A stretch of 48,234 bases of DNA from Bacillota bacterium (lineage in GTDB: Bacteria > Bacillota_I > Bacilli_A > MOL361 > Turicibacteraceae). The stretch lies in NCBI GenBank assembly GCA_003486705.1, contig DNGE01000115.1, forward strand, positions 3,012 through 51,245. Reading direction: 5' to 3'. Position numbers and translations under genes: made by a program. Under the pieces are notes generated by a model. It was not told where the DNA came from and made no database searches. It was given only the letters and a program-made list of their open reading frames with translations. Numbering within the stretch: the stretch's first letter is position 1; each line of letters opens with the position of its first letter. Below, piece by piece: positions 17,737 to 28,276 of the stretch.

Positions 17737-18792
17737 ATGAAAACTAAAGAGTTTTTTATTGCTCTAGACTTACTTGAAAAAGAAAAAGGAATTCCAAAAG
17801 ACATTATTATTGAGGCTTTTGAACATGCTTTAATTAGTGCATACAAGAAAAATTTTAATCAAGCGACAAATGTAAAAGTTGAGATTAATGAAGCAACTGG
17901 AACAGTTAGATTATACACACAAAAAACAGTAGCTGAAGAAGTGGTTAACACTCATGAAGAAATTAGTGTGGAAGAAGCACGTACGATTAATCCAAACTAT
18001 ATGGAAGGCGATATTATCAATTTTGAAATTACGCCAAAAGATTTCGGACGTATTGCAACTCAAACAGCTAAGCAAGTTGTCAAACAACGTATTCGTCAAG
18101 CTGAACGTGACAACTTATTCCAAGAGTTTAAAGACCGTGAAGGTGAAATTGTAACAGGAACTGTTGTGAAGGACGATGGAAAGCATGTCTTCATCAATTT
18201 AGGAAAAGTTGAAGCATTATTACCAATGCGCGAGATTATGAATCCAGATGAAATCCAACCAAATTCTCGTATCAAAGTGTATATCAACAAAATTGAATCA
18301 AAAAACAAAGGACCTATTGTTTATGTTTCACGTCGTGACCCTAATTTAATTAAACGTTTATTTGAATTAGAAGTACCAGAAATTTATGATGGAACTGTTG
18401 AAATTATTTCAGTTGCACGTGATGCTGGAGACCGTACTAAAATCTGTGTATCTTCAGATGATGCTAATGTAGATCCAGTAGGAGCATGTGTTGGACCATC
18501 AGGTCAACGTGTTCATAATATTGTTGAAGAATTAAAAGGTGAGAAAATTGATATTATTCAATATTCAAAAGACCCAGAAATCTTTGTTGCGAACGCTTTA
18601 AGTCCAGCACAAGTTACAAAAGTTGTTGTGGATGAAGATAAAAAAGCAACAGTTGTTTTAGTACCTGATTCACAACTATCTTTAGCTATTGGTAAACGTG
18701 GTCAAAATGCACGTTTAGCAGCACAATTAACAGGATGGAAAATCGACATCAAGCCTGAATCAGAAGCTAAAAACTTTGGCATTTCTTTATAA
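17737..18792 (+). CDS. nusA: Transcription termination/antitermination factor NusA
   Basis: FGRIATQTAKQ, S1 and KH domains, LSLAIGKRGQNARLAAQLTGWKIDI. Confidence 0.97.
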   Translation: MKTKEFFIALDLLEKEKGIPKDIIIEAFEHALISAYKKNFNQATNVKVEINEATGTVRLYTQKTVAEEVVNTHEEISVEEARTINPNYMEGDIINFEITPKDFGRIATQTAKQVVKQRIRQAERDNLFQEFKDREGEIVTGTVVKDDGKHVFINLGKVEALLPMREIMNPDEIQPNSRIKVYINKIESKNKGPIVYVSRRDPNLIKRLFELEVPEIYDGTVEIISVARDAGDRTKICVSSDDANVDPVGACVGPSGQRVHNIVEELKGEKIDIIQYSKDPEIFVANALSPAQVTKVVVDEDKKATVVLVPDSQLSLAIGKRGQNARLAAQLTGWKIDIKPESEAKNFGISL

Positions 18793-18819
18793 GACGTGTA
18801 AGAATAGGGAGGTCGTACT

Positions 18820-19092
18820 TTGAAACAAAAGAAGATACCGATGAGAAAATGTGTCATTACCGGCGAGCAAAAACCTAAAAGTGAATTAATTCGTATTGTC
18901 CGTTCGACAGAGGGAGAAGTATCAGTTGATTTAACAGGTAAGAAAAATGGTCGTGGGGTCTATTTACATTTAACTCCTGAAGTCGTAACACTCGCTAAAA
19001 AGAAGAACGTACTAAGTAGACATTTAGAAGTAGAAATTCCGGCAAGTATATACGATGAACTTGCCACTTTAGCAGAAAAACAAATGAAATAG
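18820..19092 (+). CDS. ylxR: YlxR (RnpM) RNA-binding protein
   Basis: KKIPMRKC...GKKNGRGVY; position in the nusA operon. Confidence 0.92.
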   Translation: MKQKKIPMRKCVITGEQKPKSELIRIVRSTEGEVSVDLTGKKNGRGVYLHLTPEVVTLAKKKNVLSRHLEVEIPASIYDELATLAEKQMK

Positions 19093-19102
19093 GTGTGATA
19101 CA

Positions 19103-19405
19103 ATGAATAGAAACTGGTTAAATTTTTTAGGTCTTGCTCTTAGTGCGGGAGCGGTTTTAACTGGAGAACAACTCGTTGTTCAAGCCGTTCAAAACAAAAA
19201 AGTGTATCTTGTCATTGTGGCAGAAGATACAGGAGAAAACACATATAAAAAAGTAACTGACAAATGTAAATTTTATAATATTCCATGCATTCAAAAAGCA
19301 CAGAGTGATGAATTAGGACATGCCCTGGGTAAAGATTTTAGAAAAGTAGTTGGGATAACGGATCCGAATTTTGCAAAAGCATTGGTAAAAAAAATGGATG
19401 CATAA
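19103..19405 (+). CDS. ylxQ: L7Ae/L30e family RNA-binding protein YlxQ
   Basis: LGLALSAG...ELGHALGK...ITDPNFA; synteny. Confidence 0.9.
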   Translation: MNRNWLNFLGLALSAGAVLTGEQLVVQAVQNKKVYLVIVAEDTGENTYKKVTDKCKFYNIPCIQKAQSDELGHALGKDFRKVVGITDPNFAKALVKKMDA

Positions 19406-19420
19406 GAGAGAGGTGACGCA

Positions 19421-21523
19421 ATGAGAGTTCACGAATATGCAAAGCAGTTTAATATATCAAGTAAAGAGATTTTGCAATTCTTAGAAGAAAGTAATATCTC
19501 AGTAAAAAGTCATATGTCAGTGTTAGGAGACGATGTTATAGCAATGTTAGATAATAAATACAATGAGGAAAATACAACTATGAGAGAAAATCAATACAAT
19601 GCAGAAAAAGATAGTGTTAATGACACTGAAGATTTATTTAAGTACGACGATTATTTAGAGGTTAAACGCCCACACATTACACAAAAGAAAAAAGGGGCTA
19701 ACTCTAAAAAGAAAAATAAAATTGACAAAGAAGAGCGTATTGCTAACGTTCCATTAAAACAAGATGATGAAGCAAACATCGTTTATTACAGTGATGAATT
19801 AACAGTAGGTGAATTAGCTGAAATGATCGGTAAATCAACGGCTGAAATCATTAAGCAATTATTAATGTTAGGAATGATGGCAACTGTCAACCAAACATTA
19901 GAACGTGATATGGTTGAATTAATTGCATCTGAAGCTGGTTATGAAGTAAAAGATAAAATCTTCACAGACGTTATTGAATTTGAGAAGATTATCCTTGAAG
20001 ATTCAGAAGAAAACTTAGAAAAACGTCCACCAGTTGTTACAATCATGGGACACGTAGACCACGGTAAAACAACATTATTAGATGCAATTCGTAAATCACG
20101 TGTTGTAACTGGAGAAGCGGGTGGTATCACACAACATATCGGTGCCTACCAAGTTGATCACAATGGAAATGTTATTACTTTCTTAGATACACCAGGACAT
20201 GCTGCCTTCACAGCAATGCGTGCACGTGGAGCACAAGTAACAGATATCTGTGTATTAGTTGTTGCGTCGGATGATGGTGTTATGCCACAAACAAAAGAAG
20301 CAATCGATCATGCACGTGCGGCAAATGTTCCAATTATTGTTGCAATCAACAAAATGGATAAGCCAACAGCAAACCCTGATCGCGTTATGCAAGAATTATT
20401 AGAGTTCTCATTAGTTCCTGAGGAGTGGGGAGGAGACACAATCTTCGTAAGATTGTCTGCTTTACAAGGTGAAGGAATTGATGATTTATTAGAAATGATT
20501 AACTTAGTTTCTGAAATGGCTGAGTTAAAAGCGAATCCAAAACGTTTAGCAACAGGTACAGTTATCGAAGCTAAATTAGATAAAGGTCGTGGACCAGTTG
20601 CAACATTATTAGTTGAAAACGGAACATTACGTATTGGAGATTCAATCGTAGTCGGAAGTGTACACGGTCGTGTTCGTGCGATGTTAAATGACTTAGGACA
20701 ACGTTCTGAGATGGCAAGTCCTGCAACACCAGTTGAAATTACTGGATTAAATGATGTACCTTTAGCTGGCGACCCATTCATGGTATTCCCATCAGAAAAA
20801 GAAGCTCGTCAAATTGCTGAGCAACGTTTAAATATGATGCGCGAATTAGGAAATAAACCGTCTAAAGCTGTATCACTTGATGATATCTTTAACCAAATCC
20901 AAGAGGGTGAAGTAAAAGATTTAAATGTTATTATCAAAGGTGATGTTCAAGGTTCAGTTGAAGCATTAAGTGCATCTTTACAAAAAATTGAAGTTGAAGG
21001 TGTTAAAATTAACATCATCCGTGGTTCTGTTGGAACAATCACAGAAACTGATGTAACATTAGCTGCAGCATCTGGAGCTATCATCATCGGATTTAACGTA
21101 CGTCCTACAGCTACTACTCGTCAACAAGCTGAAGCTGAAGGTGTAGATGTTCGTTTACATACGATTATTTATAAAGTAATCGAAGAAATTGAAGCTGCCA
21201 TGAAAGGTATGTTAGATCCAATCTTCGAAGAAAAAGTAACAGGACAATTAGAAATTCGTCAAACGTTCAAAGTATCAAAAGTTGGTACAATTGCTGGATG
21301 TTATGTAACAGATGGAACGGTTGGACGTAACTCAAGTGTTCGTGTTATCCGTGATGGAATTATTGTTTATGATGGTCAATTAAGTTCATTAAAACGTTTC
21401 AAAGATGACGTTAAAGAAGTTAATTATGGTTACGAGTGTGGTATCACAATCGATCGCTATAATGACTTAAAAGAAGGCGATGTCATTGAAGCATACATCA
21501 TGGAAGAAATCAAACGCGCTTAA
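19421..21523 (+). CDS. infB: Translation initiation factor IF-2
   Basis: [41 protein letters not shown]. Confidence 0.98.
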   Translation: MRVHEYAKQFNISSKEILQFLEESNISVKSHMSVLGDDVIAMLDNKYNEENTTMRENQYNAEKDSVNDTEDLFKYDDYLEVKRPHITQKKKGANSKKKNKIDKEERIANVPLKQDDEANIVYYSDELTVGELAEMIGKSTAEIIKQLLMLGMMATVNQTLERDMVELIASEAGYEVKDKIFTDVIEFEKIILEDSEENLEKRPPVVTIMGHVDHGKTTLLDAIRKSRVVTGEAGGITQHIGAYQVDHNGNVITFLDTPGHAAFTAMRARGAQVTDICVLVVASDDGVMPQTKEAIDHARAANVPIIVAINKMDKPTANPDRVMQELLEFSLVPEEWGGDTIFVRLSALQGEGIDDLLEMINLVSEMAELKANPKRLATGTVIEAKLDKGRGPVATLLVENGTLRIGDSIVVGSVHGRVRAMLNDLGQRSEMASPATPVEITGLNDVPLAGDPFMVFPSEKEARQIAEQRLNMMRELGNKPSKAVSLDDIFNQIQEGEVKDLNVIIKGDVQGSVEALSASLQKIEVEGVKINIIRGSVGTITETDVTLAAASGAIIIGFNVRPTATTRQQAEAEGVDVRLHTIIYKVIEEIEAAMKGMLDPIFEEKVTGQLEIRQTFKVSKVGTIAGCYVTDGTVGRNSSVRVIRDGIIVYDGQLSSLKRFKDDVKEVNYGYECGITIDRYNDLKEGDVIEAYIMEEIKRA

Positions 21524-21552
21524 TTAATACATTATCTTAAAGGGTGATTAGA

Positions 21553-21906
21553 ATGTCACAAATTAGAATGCAAAAAATCTCTAAACAAATTGAACGTGAT
21601 GTTACAGACATCATTATGAATGACGTAAAAGATAATAAAGTTGGATTCATTACTGTAACAGGTGCTGAAGTAACGAATGATTTATCATTCTGTAAAGTTT
21701 ACTATTCAGTACTTGGTGGTGAAAACCGACGTGATGCAGCCACTCAAGCCTTAAATCGTGCTAAAGGATTTATTCGTACTGAGCTTGGAAAACGTCTTTC
21801 AATCCGAAAAATTCCAGAATTAATCTTTGTCTTTGATGAGTCGATTGAATATGGTAATAAAATTGATCATATGTTAGCTGATCTACGACGTAGCGGAAAA
21901 TTCTAA
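21553..21906 (+). CDS. rbfA: Ribosome-binding factor A
   Basis: GFITVTGAEVTNDL...AKGFIR...IRKIPELIFVFDESIEYG. Confidence 0.96.
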   Translation: MSQIRMQKISKQIERDVTDIIMNDVKDNKVGFITVTGAEVTNDLSFCKVYYSVLGGENRRDAATQALNRAKGFIRTELGKRLSIRKIPELIFVFDESIEYGNKIDHMLADLRRSGKF

Positions 21907-21920
21907 ATTTTAATAAGTGG

Positions 21921-21961
21921 AAAAAAATACGATATAGGTATCACCTATATCGTATTTTTTT
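21921..21961 (+). terminator. rbfA operon terminator
   Basis: aaaaaaatacgatataggt / acctatatcgtattttttt. Confidence 0.85.
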
Positions 21962-22088
21962 ATTTGTTAACTCATATAGTGATTTATGGAATAAAATTAA
22001 GGGTCAATTTTAGTAGGCTTTTGTCATATATTAATAGAGAATAAGTAAAGTTCAGATAAGTTTAAGTTGAGTATTGGGGGGATTGACG

Positions 22089-23927
22089 ATGAAATTTAAA
22101 ATTAAGCATAGGTTTTTAATGCTTGCCATTTTGATGACAATTAGCCAGACTTATTTTTTATATAAGGTATGTTTTAGGCTAGAGGGGACAACTTTAAGTG
22201 AAGAACTCTTAATGTTACTTAATCCGATGAGTGCCATTTTACTAGTTTATAGTATTCATTTATTATTAAAGCCTTCGAAAAGACAATGGGCTATTATCAT
22301 TATTTCTGCTATTTTCTCAACGATAATGGTTGGGAATGCGTTGTTTTATAAATTTTATAATGATGTATTAACACTACCGGTCTTATTACAAAAAGACAAT
22401 TCAGGAGGACTGGGCAGTAGTGTTGCTAATTTATTTGATTTAAAAATTGCTATGTTACTTATTAATATCCCGATCTTATTGTTGGTGAGGAATACCTCGT
22501 ATTTTAGATTAACAAAGCAAAGTAGTCAAACGTTTAAAAGAAGTTATGTTTGTGTCATGGCGGGATTCTATATTGTATCTGAATTATTAGCTTTTAGTAG
22601 GACTCATCAGTTTTTTATTAAAACATATGATCATGAAGAAATTGTTAAAACGAAGGGTCTTTATCAATTTGTAATCTATGATGTCTATTTATCATTAAAT
22701 CAAAAAACACAACATTTATTAGCGAGTGAAGAAGAGTTAATAGAGGTTGAAAAGGAGTTAGGTGATGAACTCAATATCGGTAACCATTTGTTAGAAGGTA
22801 TTGCCGAAGGGAAAAATGTCATTATTATATCTTTAGAATCTCTACAATCATTTGTCATTGGTCTTGAGGTTAATGGTGAAGAAGTAACGCCGTTTTTAAA
22901 TGACTATTTGGAAGAATGTTATTATTTTGATCAATTTTATCAGCAGACAGGGCAAGGTAAAACATCAGATGCTGAATTTATTATTGAAAATTCTTTATTT
23001 GGATCAAGTCGAGGGTCAGCATATTTTGAATATGATTTGAACACCTATGAAAATTTAGGGACTATTTTGAAAGAACAAGGGTATTATACGACTGTTTTTC
23101 ATGCGAATGAGAAAGAATATTGGAATCGCGATGACATGTATGTGGCGCTAGGGATTATGAAATTTTATGATGAAACAGCATATGATGTCACAGAGGAAAA
23201 CAGTATTGGATGGGGGCTAAAAGATGAAGACTTTTTCTTGCAAACGATTGATTATTTAAAGGAACTAGAAGAACCTTTTTACTCGAAGCTCATCACTTTA
23301 ACAAATCATTATCCATTCGAGCTACCAGAGTCGGAATGGTTAATTGAGCCTGCAACAACAGATTCTGATATTGTTAACCGGTATATTACCACGGTGAGGT
23401 ATTTAGATGAATCATTAAAAACGTTTATTGAAACGTTAAAAGAAACAGACCTTTATGACAACTCTATTATCGTCATGTACGGGGATCATTATGGCTTATC
23501 AGAAAGCTATAATGATGGGGTTGCTCAATTACTTGGGAAAAGTGAAATAACAGCGTTAGATTATTTAGATTTGCAAAGAGTGCCGCTTATTATCCATTTA
23601 CCGAGTCAAAAGGAAGGGGCTGTCGTCTCTAAGTTATCAGGACAGGTCGATGTTAAACCAACGTTATTAAATTTATTAGGCTATGGGAAGTTGAGTAAAG
23701 TAAATGTGGGAAGTGATATATTTTCTGCAAATCATGGAAATACTGTTGCTTTTCGAGATGGAAGCTTTATTAATACGGATTATGCCTATGTAAAGGGAAT
23801 TTGTTATGATCGTGGAACTAAAGAAGCTATCGAGAGTAGTTTTTGTGAAGATTTAAAAGAAGAAGTCGTTGAAACATTATCGTTATCAGATTTAATTTTA
23901 AATGGCGATCTGTTGCGGTTTGAATAG
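22089..23927 (+). CDS. LTA synthase family protein (LtaS/YqgS-like)
   Basis: About five N-terminal TMs, LESLQSF, GQGKTSDAEF (catalytic Thr), TLTNHYPF, YGDHYG. Confidence 0.9.
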   Translation: MKFKIKHRFLMLAILMTISQTYFLYKVCFRLEGTTLSEELLMLLNPMSAILLVYSIHLLLKPSKRQWAIIIISAIFSTIMVGNALFYKFYNDVLTLPVLLQKDNSGGLGSSVANLFDLKIAMLLINIPILLLVRNTSYFRLTKQSSQTFKRSYVCVMAGFYIVSELLAFSRTHQFFIKTYDHEEIVKTKGLYQFVIYDVYLSLNQKTQHLLASEEELIEVEKELGDELNIGNHLLEGIAEGKNVIIISLESLQSFVIGLEVNGEEVTPFLNDYLEECYYFDQFYQQTGQGKTSDAEFIIENSLFGSSRGSAYFEYDLNTYENLGTILKEQGYYTTVFHANEKEYWNRDDMYVALGIMKFYDETAYDVTEENSIGWGLKDEDFFLQTIDYLKELEEPFYSKLITLTNHYPFELPESEWLIEPATTDSDIVNRYITTVRYLDESLKTFIETLKETDLYDNSIIVMYGDHYGLSESYNDGVAQLLGKSEITALDYLDLQRVPLIIHLPSQKEGAVVSKLSGQVDVKPTLLNLLGYGKLSKVNVGSDIFSANHGNTVAFRDGSFINTDYAYVKGICYDRGTKEAIESSFCEDLKEEVVETLSLSDLILNGDLLRFE

Positions 23928-24019
23928 TAAAGACTTTGTTGAAATCCATTTAAATACCTTGTCACGGGCTATAAAAAGATGATAAAATAAGATAAAATTT
24001 GACAGGTTTGGTGACGGGG

Positions 24020-24475
24020 ATGAAACAAAAAAAAATATTTTTTTTAATCATAAGCATCGTGGTAATTGTTTTAGGTTTTGTGTTTATGGGGCAACAAATG
24101 AGTGCGCAACAAACTTTGTCTAATTCGTATGATTTAGAAGAAGGGATTCTTAATGGGGAAGTGATTCAAGATGGAACGCAGATTCATAATCTTTCAAGAT
24201 TAGAGAAGTTTTATCAAAATATGAATCGCAAGATTGATGATTCTATTGTTGTCGTGATTTATCATTCAGCTACTCAGAGTGAGTTGTATGAGTTAATTTA
24301 TACACAAGACCAACTAAAAGTGTATACGGATATTAAAACGGATGATTTAGGTCGGAAAGAGTATAAGATTAAAATGTATACAGGAATTAAAAAAATCCTA
24401 AAAAATAATCAAGTGATTTATAAGTTAGTTAATGAAAAAGGAGAACGTCAATTTTTATCTTATAATCTAAAGTAA
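24020..24475 (+). CDS. Membrane-anchored/secreted protein, DUF4362-like
   Basis: N-terminal hydrophobic segment. GEVIQDGTQIHNLSRLEKFYQN resembles DUF4362; the family call is tentative. Confidence 0.55.
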   Translation: MKQKKIFFLIISIVVIVLGFVFMGQQMSAQQTLSNSYDLEEGILNGEVIQDGTQIHNLSRLEKFYQNMNRKIDDSIVVVIYHSATQSELYELIYTQDQLKVYTDIKTDDLGRKEYKIKMYTGIKKILKNNQVIYKLVNEKGERQFLSYNLK

Positions 24476-24698
24476 TCCTTGCATAATAAGAATAGTTAAG
24501 TTATGAAAATCCTAGTTGCGGTTAATGAATGGACTAGGATTTTTGAATTTCTTAAAGCAATATGTTATTGGATAGGCGTTCATTTTTTAGGTGATGCCGC
24601 CTGTTTAGTCAGTGATGGGTGCTTAAAGATAATAGATGGTTAAAAGATAGATAGACGTGATTCTGTAACAAACTCAAATCATGCCGGAAGTAAAGTAG

Positions 24699-26486
24699 GT
24701 GTCCATGATGAATGAATTAATTAAAGATAAATTAGCCTTATTGCCGCTAAATCCAGGTTGTTATTTAATGAAAGATAGTAAAGGGCAAGTTATTTATGTC
24801 GGAAAGGCAAAGCGACTCAAAAATCGTGTTAAATCGTATTTTACGGGGTCCCACAATGGGAAAACAGCGCGACTTGTCAGAGAGATTGCGGATTTTGAGT
24901 ATATTATTACATCGAGTGAATTAGAGGCGCTTGTTTTAGAAATAAATTTAATAAAAAAATATGACCCCAAATACAATATCATGTTAACGGATGATAAGTA
25001 TTACCCATATATTAAAATTACAAATGAGTATCATCCTCGACTTGTGATTACGCGAAAGATAAAAAAAGATGGCGGGAAGTATTTTGGACCGTATCCAAAT
25101 GCTAAAGCGGCAACCGAAACGTTGCGCTTATTGAATAAATTATATCCGCTTCGCAAGTGCCATCCATTTGCAAAGAAGTTGTGTCTGTATTATCATATTC
25201 ATCAATGTCTCGGACCTTGTGAGATTTCAATTCATGAGGATACGTATAAACCGTTTATTGAGGATATTACTAAGTTCTTAAAAGGGGACTACTCGAGCGT
25301 CAAAAAAGATTTAACTGAAAAAATGTTCGCTGCATCTGAAAAGTTGGAGTTTGAGAAAGCAAAAGAATTTCGTGATTTGTTAGCTCATATTGAAGCGACT
25401 GTTGAAAAGCAGAAAATGACGTTGAATGATTTTGTTGATCGCGATATTTTCGGCTACGCGTTACACGATGGTTTAATTTGTGTGCAGGTCTTTTTTGTTA
25501 GACAAGGGAAAGTGATTGAACGCGATGTGTCAATCTTTGATAATATCGGGGAGCTAGAAGAAGATGTGATGACGTTTATCGGACGTTTTTATAGCGGAAA
25601 TCATTTAAAGCCAAAAGAAATTTTTATTCCTGATTCACTTGATGCGGATTTATTAACTCAATTATTAGATTTAAAAGTTGTGGTTCCGAAAAAAGGTGAT
25701 AAAAAGCAATTGGTTGATTTAGCAATGGAAAATGCAACTGTTGCGCTACAAGAAAAACTACAGTTGATTGAAAAGCAGGAAGAACGAACAATTAAAGCCG
25801 TGGAAGCTTTAGGTGATTTATTGTATATTCCAATACCTCATCGCATTGAAGCGTTTGATAATTCACATACGCAAGGCGTGGATTTAGTTTCAGCGATGGT
25901 CGTTTTTACAGATGGTCGACCGGATAAGAAAGAATACCGAAAGTATAAAATTACATCGACTACTTTAGGTGACGATTATCAGGCAATGCGAGAAGTTATT
26001 TATAGACGTTATTTTAGAGTGTTGAATGAAAATTTACCTGCTCCAGATTTAATTGTTATTGATGGGGGAAAAGGCCAAGTTTCAGTGGCGCAAGAGGTGT
26101 TAAATTCATTAAATATGCAAATACCGGTGATTGGATTAGTCAAAGATGATAAACATCGAACGGATGCTATTTTAGATGGTCGTGATATGGAACTCATTCG
26201 ACCGAAGAAGAGTGCGAATGCTTTTCAATTATTGACCCGTATTCAAGATGAGGTGCATCGATTTGCGTTAAGTTTCCATCAACAATCGCATCAAAAGCGA
26301 AATTTAACATCGATTTTAGATGAAATACCGGGTGTTGGGCCGAAGCGTAAGCGATTATTGTTACAAAACTTTGGAACGCTTGAGAAGATGTTAGAAGCGT
26401 CAGATAAAGAATATGAAGTTTTAGGGTTTTCGCCCTTTATTATTAAACGTATCAAAAAATTCCTGACCCAAGAGTTGAAAAAATAA
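24699..26486 (+). CDS. uvrC: Excinuclease ABC subunit C
   Basis: GIY-YIG (PGCYLM...IYVGKAK), RIEAFDNSH, IDGGKGQ, IQDEVHRFA, HhH IPGVGPKR. The start may be ATG 24705 or 24708. Confidence 0.97.
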   Translation: MSMMNELIKDKLALLPLNPGCYLMKDSKGQVIYVGKAKRLKNRVKSYFTGSHNGKTARLVREIADFEYIITSSELEALVLEINLIKKYDPKYNIMLTDDKYYPYIKITNEYHPRLVITRKIKKDGGKYFGPYPNAKAATETLRLLNKLYPLRKCHPFAKKLCLYYHIHQCLGPCEISIHEDTYKPFIEDITKFLKGDYSSVKKDLTEKMFAASEKLEFEKAKEFRDLLAHIEATVEKQKMTLNDFVDRDIFGYALHDGLICVQVFFVRQGKVIERDVSIFDNIGELEEDVMTFIGRFYSGNHLKPKEIFIPDSLDADLLTQLLDLKVVVPKKGDKKQLVDLAMENATVALQEKLQLIEKQEERTIKAVEALGDLLYIPIPHRIEAFDNSHTQGVDLVSAMVVFTDGRPDKKEYRKYKITSTTLGDDYQAMREVIYRRYFRVLNENLPAPDLIVIDGGKGQVSVAQEVLNSLNMQIPVIGLVKDDKHRTDAILDGRDMELIRPKKSANAFQLLTRIQDEVHRFALSFHQQSHQKRNLTSILDEIPGVGPKRKRLLLQNFGTLEKMLEASDKEYEVLGFSPFIIKRIKKFLTQELKK

Positions 26487-26515
26487 AAAAATTGTCATGT
26501 TTGCCGAAGTTTTCT

Positions 26516-26544
26516 GCACTAATGAAGCCTTTAGACATAATATA
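26516..26544 (+). promoter_or_regulatory. sigmaK-type promoter of gerE
   Basis: GCAC, 16 bp, CATAATATA matches the sigmaK consensus AC-N16-CATAnnnTA. Confidence 0.7.
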
Positions 26545-26611
26545 TACTAGATACAGCAAGCTGTATCTGTCGAGGATAATGACTACCTCAAAAGAATAGG
26601 GGGTAGAAAGG

Positions 26612-26824
26612 TTGAACAAAGGTCAGTCAATTTTAACGAAACGTGAACAAGAAATTTTCGACTTACTCGTACATAACTACACAACAAGTGAGATTGCTGA
26701 TAAGTTGAAAATTAGTGAAAAAACTGTACGTAACCATATCTCAAATGTTATCTTAAAATTAAATGTCAAGGGACGCTCACAAGCTATCATTGAACTACTT
26801 AAATTGGGTGTCATTGAGTTATAG
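26612..26824 (+). CDS. gerE: Sporulation transcription factor GerE (stand-alone LuxR HTH)
   Basis: LTKREQEIFDLLV...TTSEIA..L.ISEKTVRNHISNV..KL.VKGRSQAIIELL. TTG start after GGGGT SD. Confidence 0.92.
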   Translation: MNKGQSILTKREQEIFDLLVHNYTTSEIADKLKISEKTVRNHISNVILKLNVKGRSQAIIELLKLGVIEL

Positions 26825-26833
26825 TATGTTTAT

Positions 26834-26853
26834 GCCACCTTCGGGTGGTTTTT
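26834..26853 (+). terminator. gerE terminator
   Basis: gccacc-ttcg-ggtggt plus T-tract. Confidence 0.8.
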
Positions 26854-27043
26854 ATATTGAGAATTATAAAAAAATCCAATTATCCTAGAAAAAAATTAAA
26901 AATATTAAATTTTTATAACCTAAATGTATTATAATGATAATAGTAGATTATTTTTGTCACGTTTAACCGATACTATTAGTTACGAGTTATCATATACGAT
27001 GATAGAAATGATAGGATATAATCTTTTTAATGGAAGTGGTTAA

Positions 27044-28147
27044 ATGTTAGGCAACATTGGAATAATCCTAAAAATTAATACGGTAAACAATGTTTTATAC
27101 ATTAATGGGCAACATTATCAATATGATCCCTCATTAAATGTGTCTGTTAACATGATAGGACATACGGTTCGATATAGTCTAAATAAAGGAATCATTAATC
27201 ATGTTGAATTAATGGTTGAAAAGCCGATTGAGTCTAAGGGGAAGATTCAATCGTTAAATATCTCAATCCCACGCTTTTCGTTGCACTTAAATGGGGAACT
27301 CATCCATTTTTATATCACAACGTTGCATTATCAATTAATCAAGCAACATTATCAACCGGGAGATTTTATTCATTTCTCCTACAATCCGAATCCTGTTAAA
27401 AATGGGAAGACGTATTATTATGTGATAACAGATATAAAACCAGATATGCGCAAGGATAAAAATAGTGATGACTTGCTACATAAAGCAATTCTAGAAAATG
27501 ATTTGAAAAATCAACTTCAACTCATAAATCAAGCAACTTATTATGCTTTTTTAGATTTAGAATTTTCAATGAGTGGGCCAGAGTTTAAAGGGGTCAAATT
27601 TGAGCCGGAAATCATTCAATTTGGAATTATTGTAGCAGATCAAGCTGGAAATATGATTGAACGATTTTCAGCGTACGTAAAACCAAATAAATTTTTACAA
27701 TTATCAAATTTAACAAAAGACTTTTTAAAAATAACAGATACGACATTAACTTACGGAATTACTTATCAAGATTTTTATAACTATATTAAAGAAATCATTG
27801 CACGTTACCAACCTGTTTTTATGGTGTGGGGTGTTTCAGATGGCTTTATTCTTGAAAATTCGTATCAGATTAATAATGTTGAACCACTGTTTACGAGTAC
27901 GCCGCTTATCGATTTGCAACGAATACATCGACAATATTACCAAATCTCACAAGACATTGGCTTATATAATGCCATAAAAAGTTATGATTTATATGAGGGC
28001 ACACAACTACACGATGCCATTGTAGACGCACTCGTACTGAAAAAAATATATTTTAGATTTAAGCAAAACATCGAAGCTAATGAAAATTATCCTTTTAAAG
28101 CGCGATATTTAGAAATTATGAGTCATCGCCAAGAACAAAATAAATAA
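27044..28147 (+). CDS. DEDDh 3'-5' exonuclease (KapD/ERI-1-like) with ~150-aa beta-rich N-terminal extension
   Basis: FLDLEFS...EIIQFG...YVKP...VWGVSD...IDLQ...LHDAIVDA Exo I-III motifs in the C-terminal ~200 aa. Confidence 0.8.
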   Translation: MLGNIGIILKINTVNNVLYINGQHYQYDPSLNVSVNMIGHTVRYSLNKGIINHVELMVEKPIESKGKIQSLNISIPRFSLHLNGELIHFYITTLHYQLIKQHYQPGDFIHFSYNPNPVKNGKTYYYVITDIKPDMRKDKNSDDLLHKAILENDLKNQLQLINQATYYAFLDLEFSMSGPEFKGVKFEPEIIQFGIIVADQAGNMIERFSAYVKPNKFLQLSNLTKDFLKITDTTLTYGITYQDFYNYIKEIIARYQPVFMVWGVSDGFILENSYQINNVEPLFTSTPLIDLQRIHRQYYQISQDIGLYNAIKSYDLYEGTQLHDAIVDALVLKKIYFRFKQNIEANENYPFKARYLEIMSHRQEQNK

Positions 28148-28276
28148 ATGAAAAGATAGCATCTTCTAATATATGTATGTCGATATTTTATATCTTCTGT
28201 AAATGTATTGGGGTAGAGGTTATCTTTTTTTTCTTGACCTCATATAGTAGTTATATATTTTAGTGAGGTGAAAGAA

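Noticed and set aside
20308..20781. 157-aa antisense ORF in infB (and similar shadow ORFs in rpsD, thiI, adhE, nusA, uvrC, rph, rnjA, galK, galT)
   Set aside because: They lie antisense or out of frame within well-conserved genes and are expected from codon bias.
24480..24700. LexA (SOS) box upstream of uvrC
   Set aside because: No GAAC-N4-GTTC match seen; only a terminator-like hairpin.
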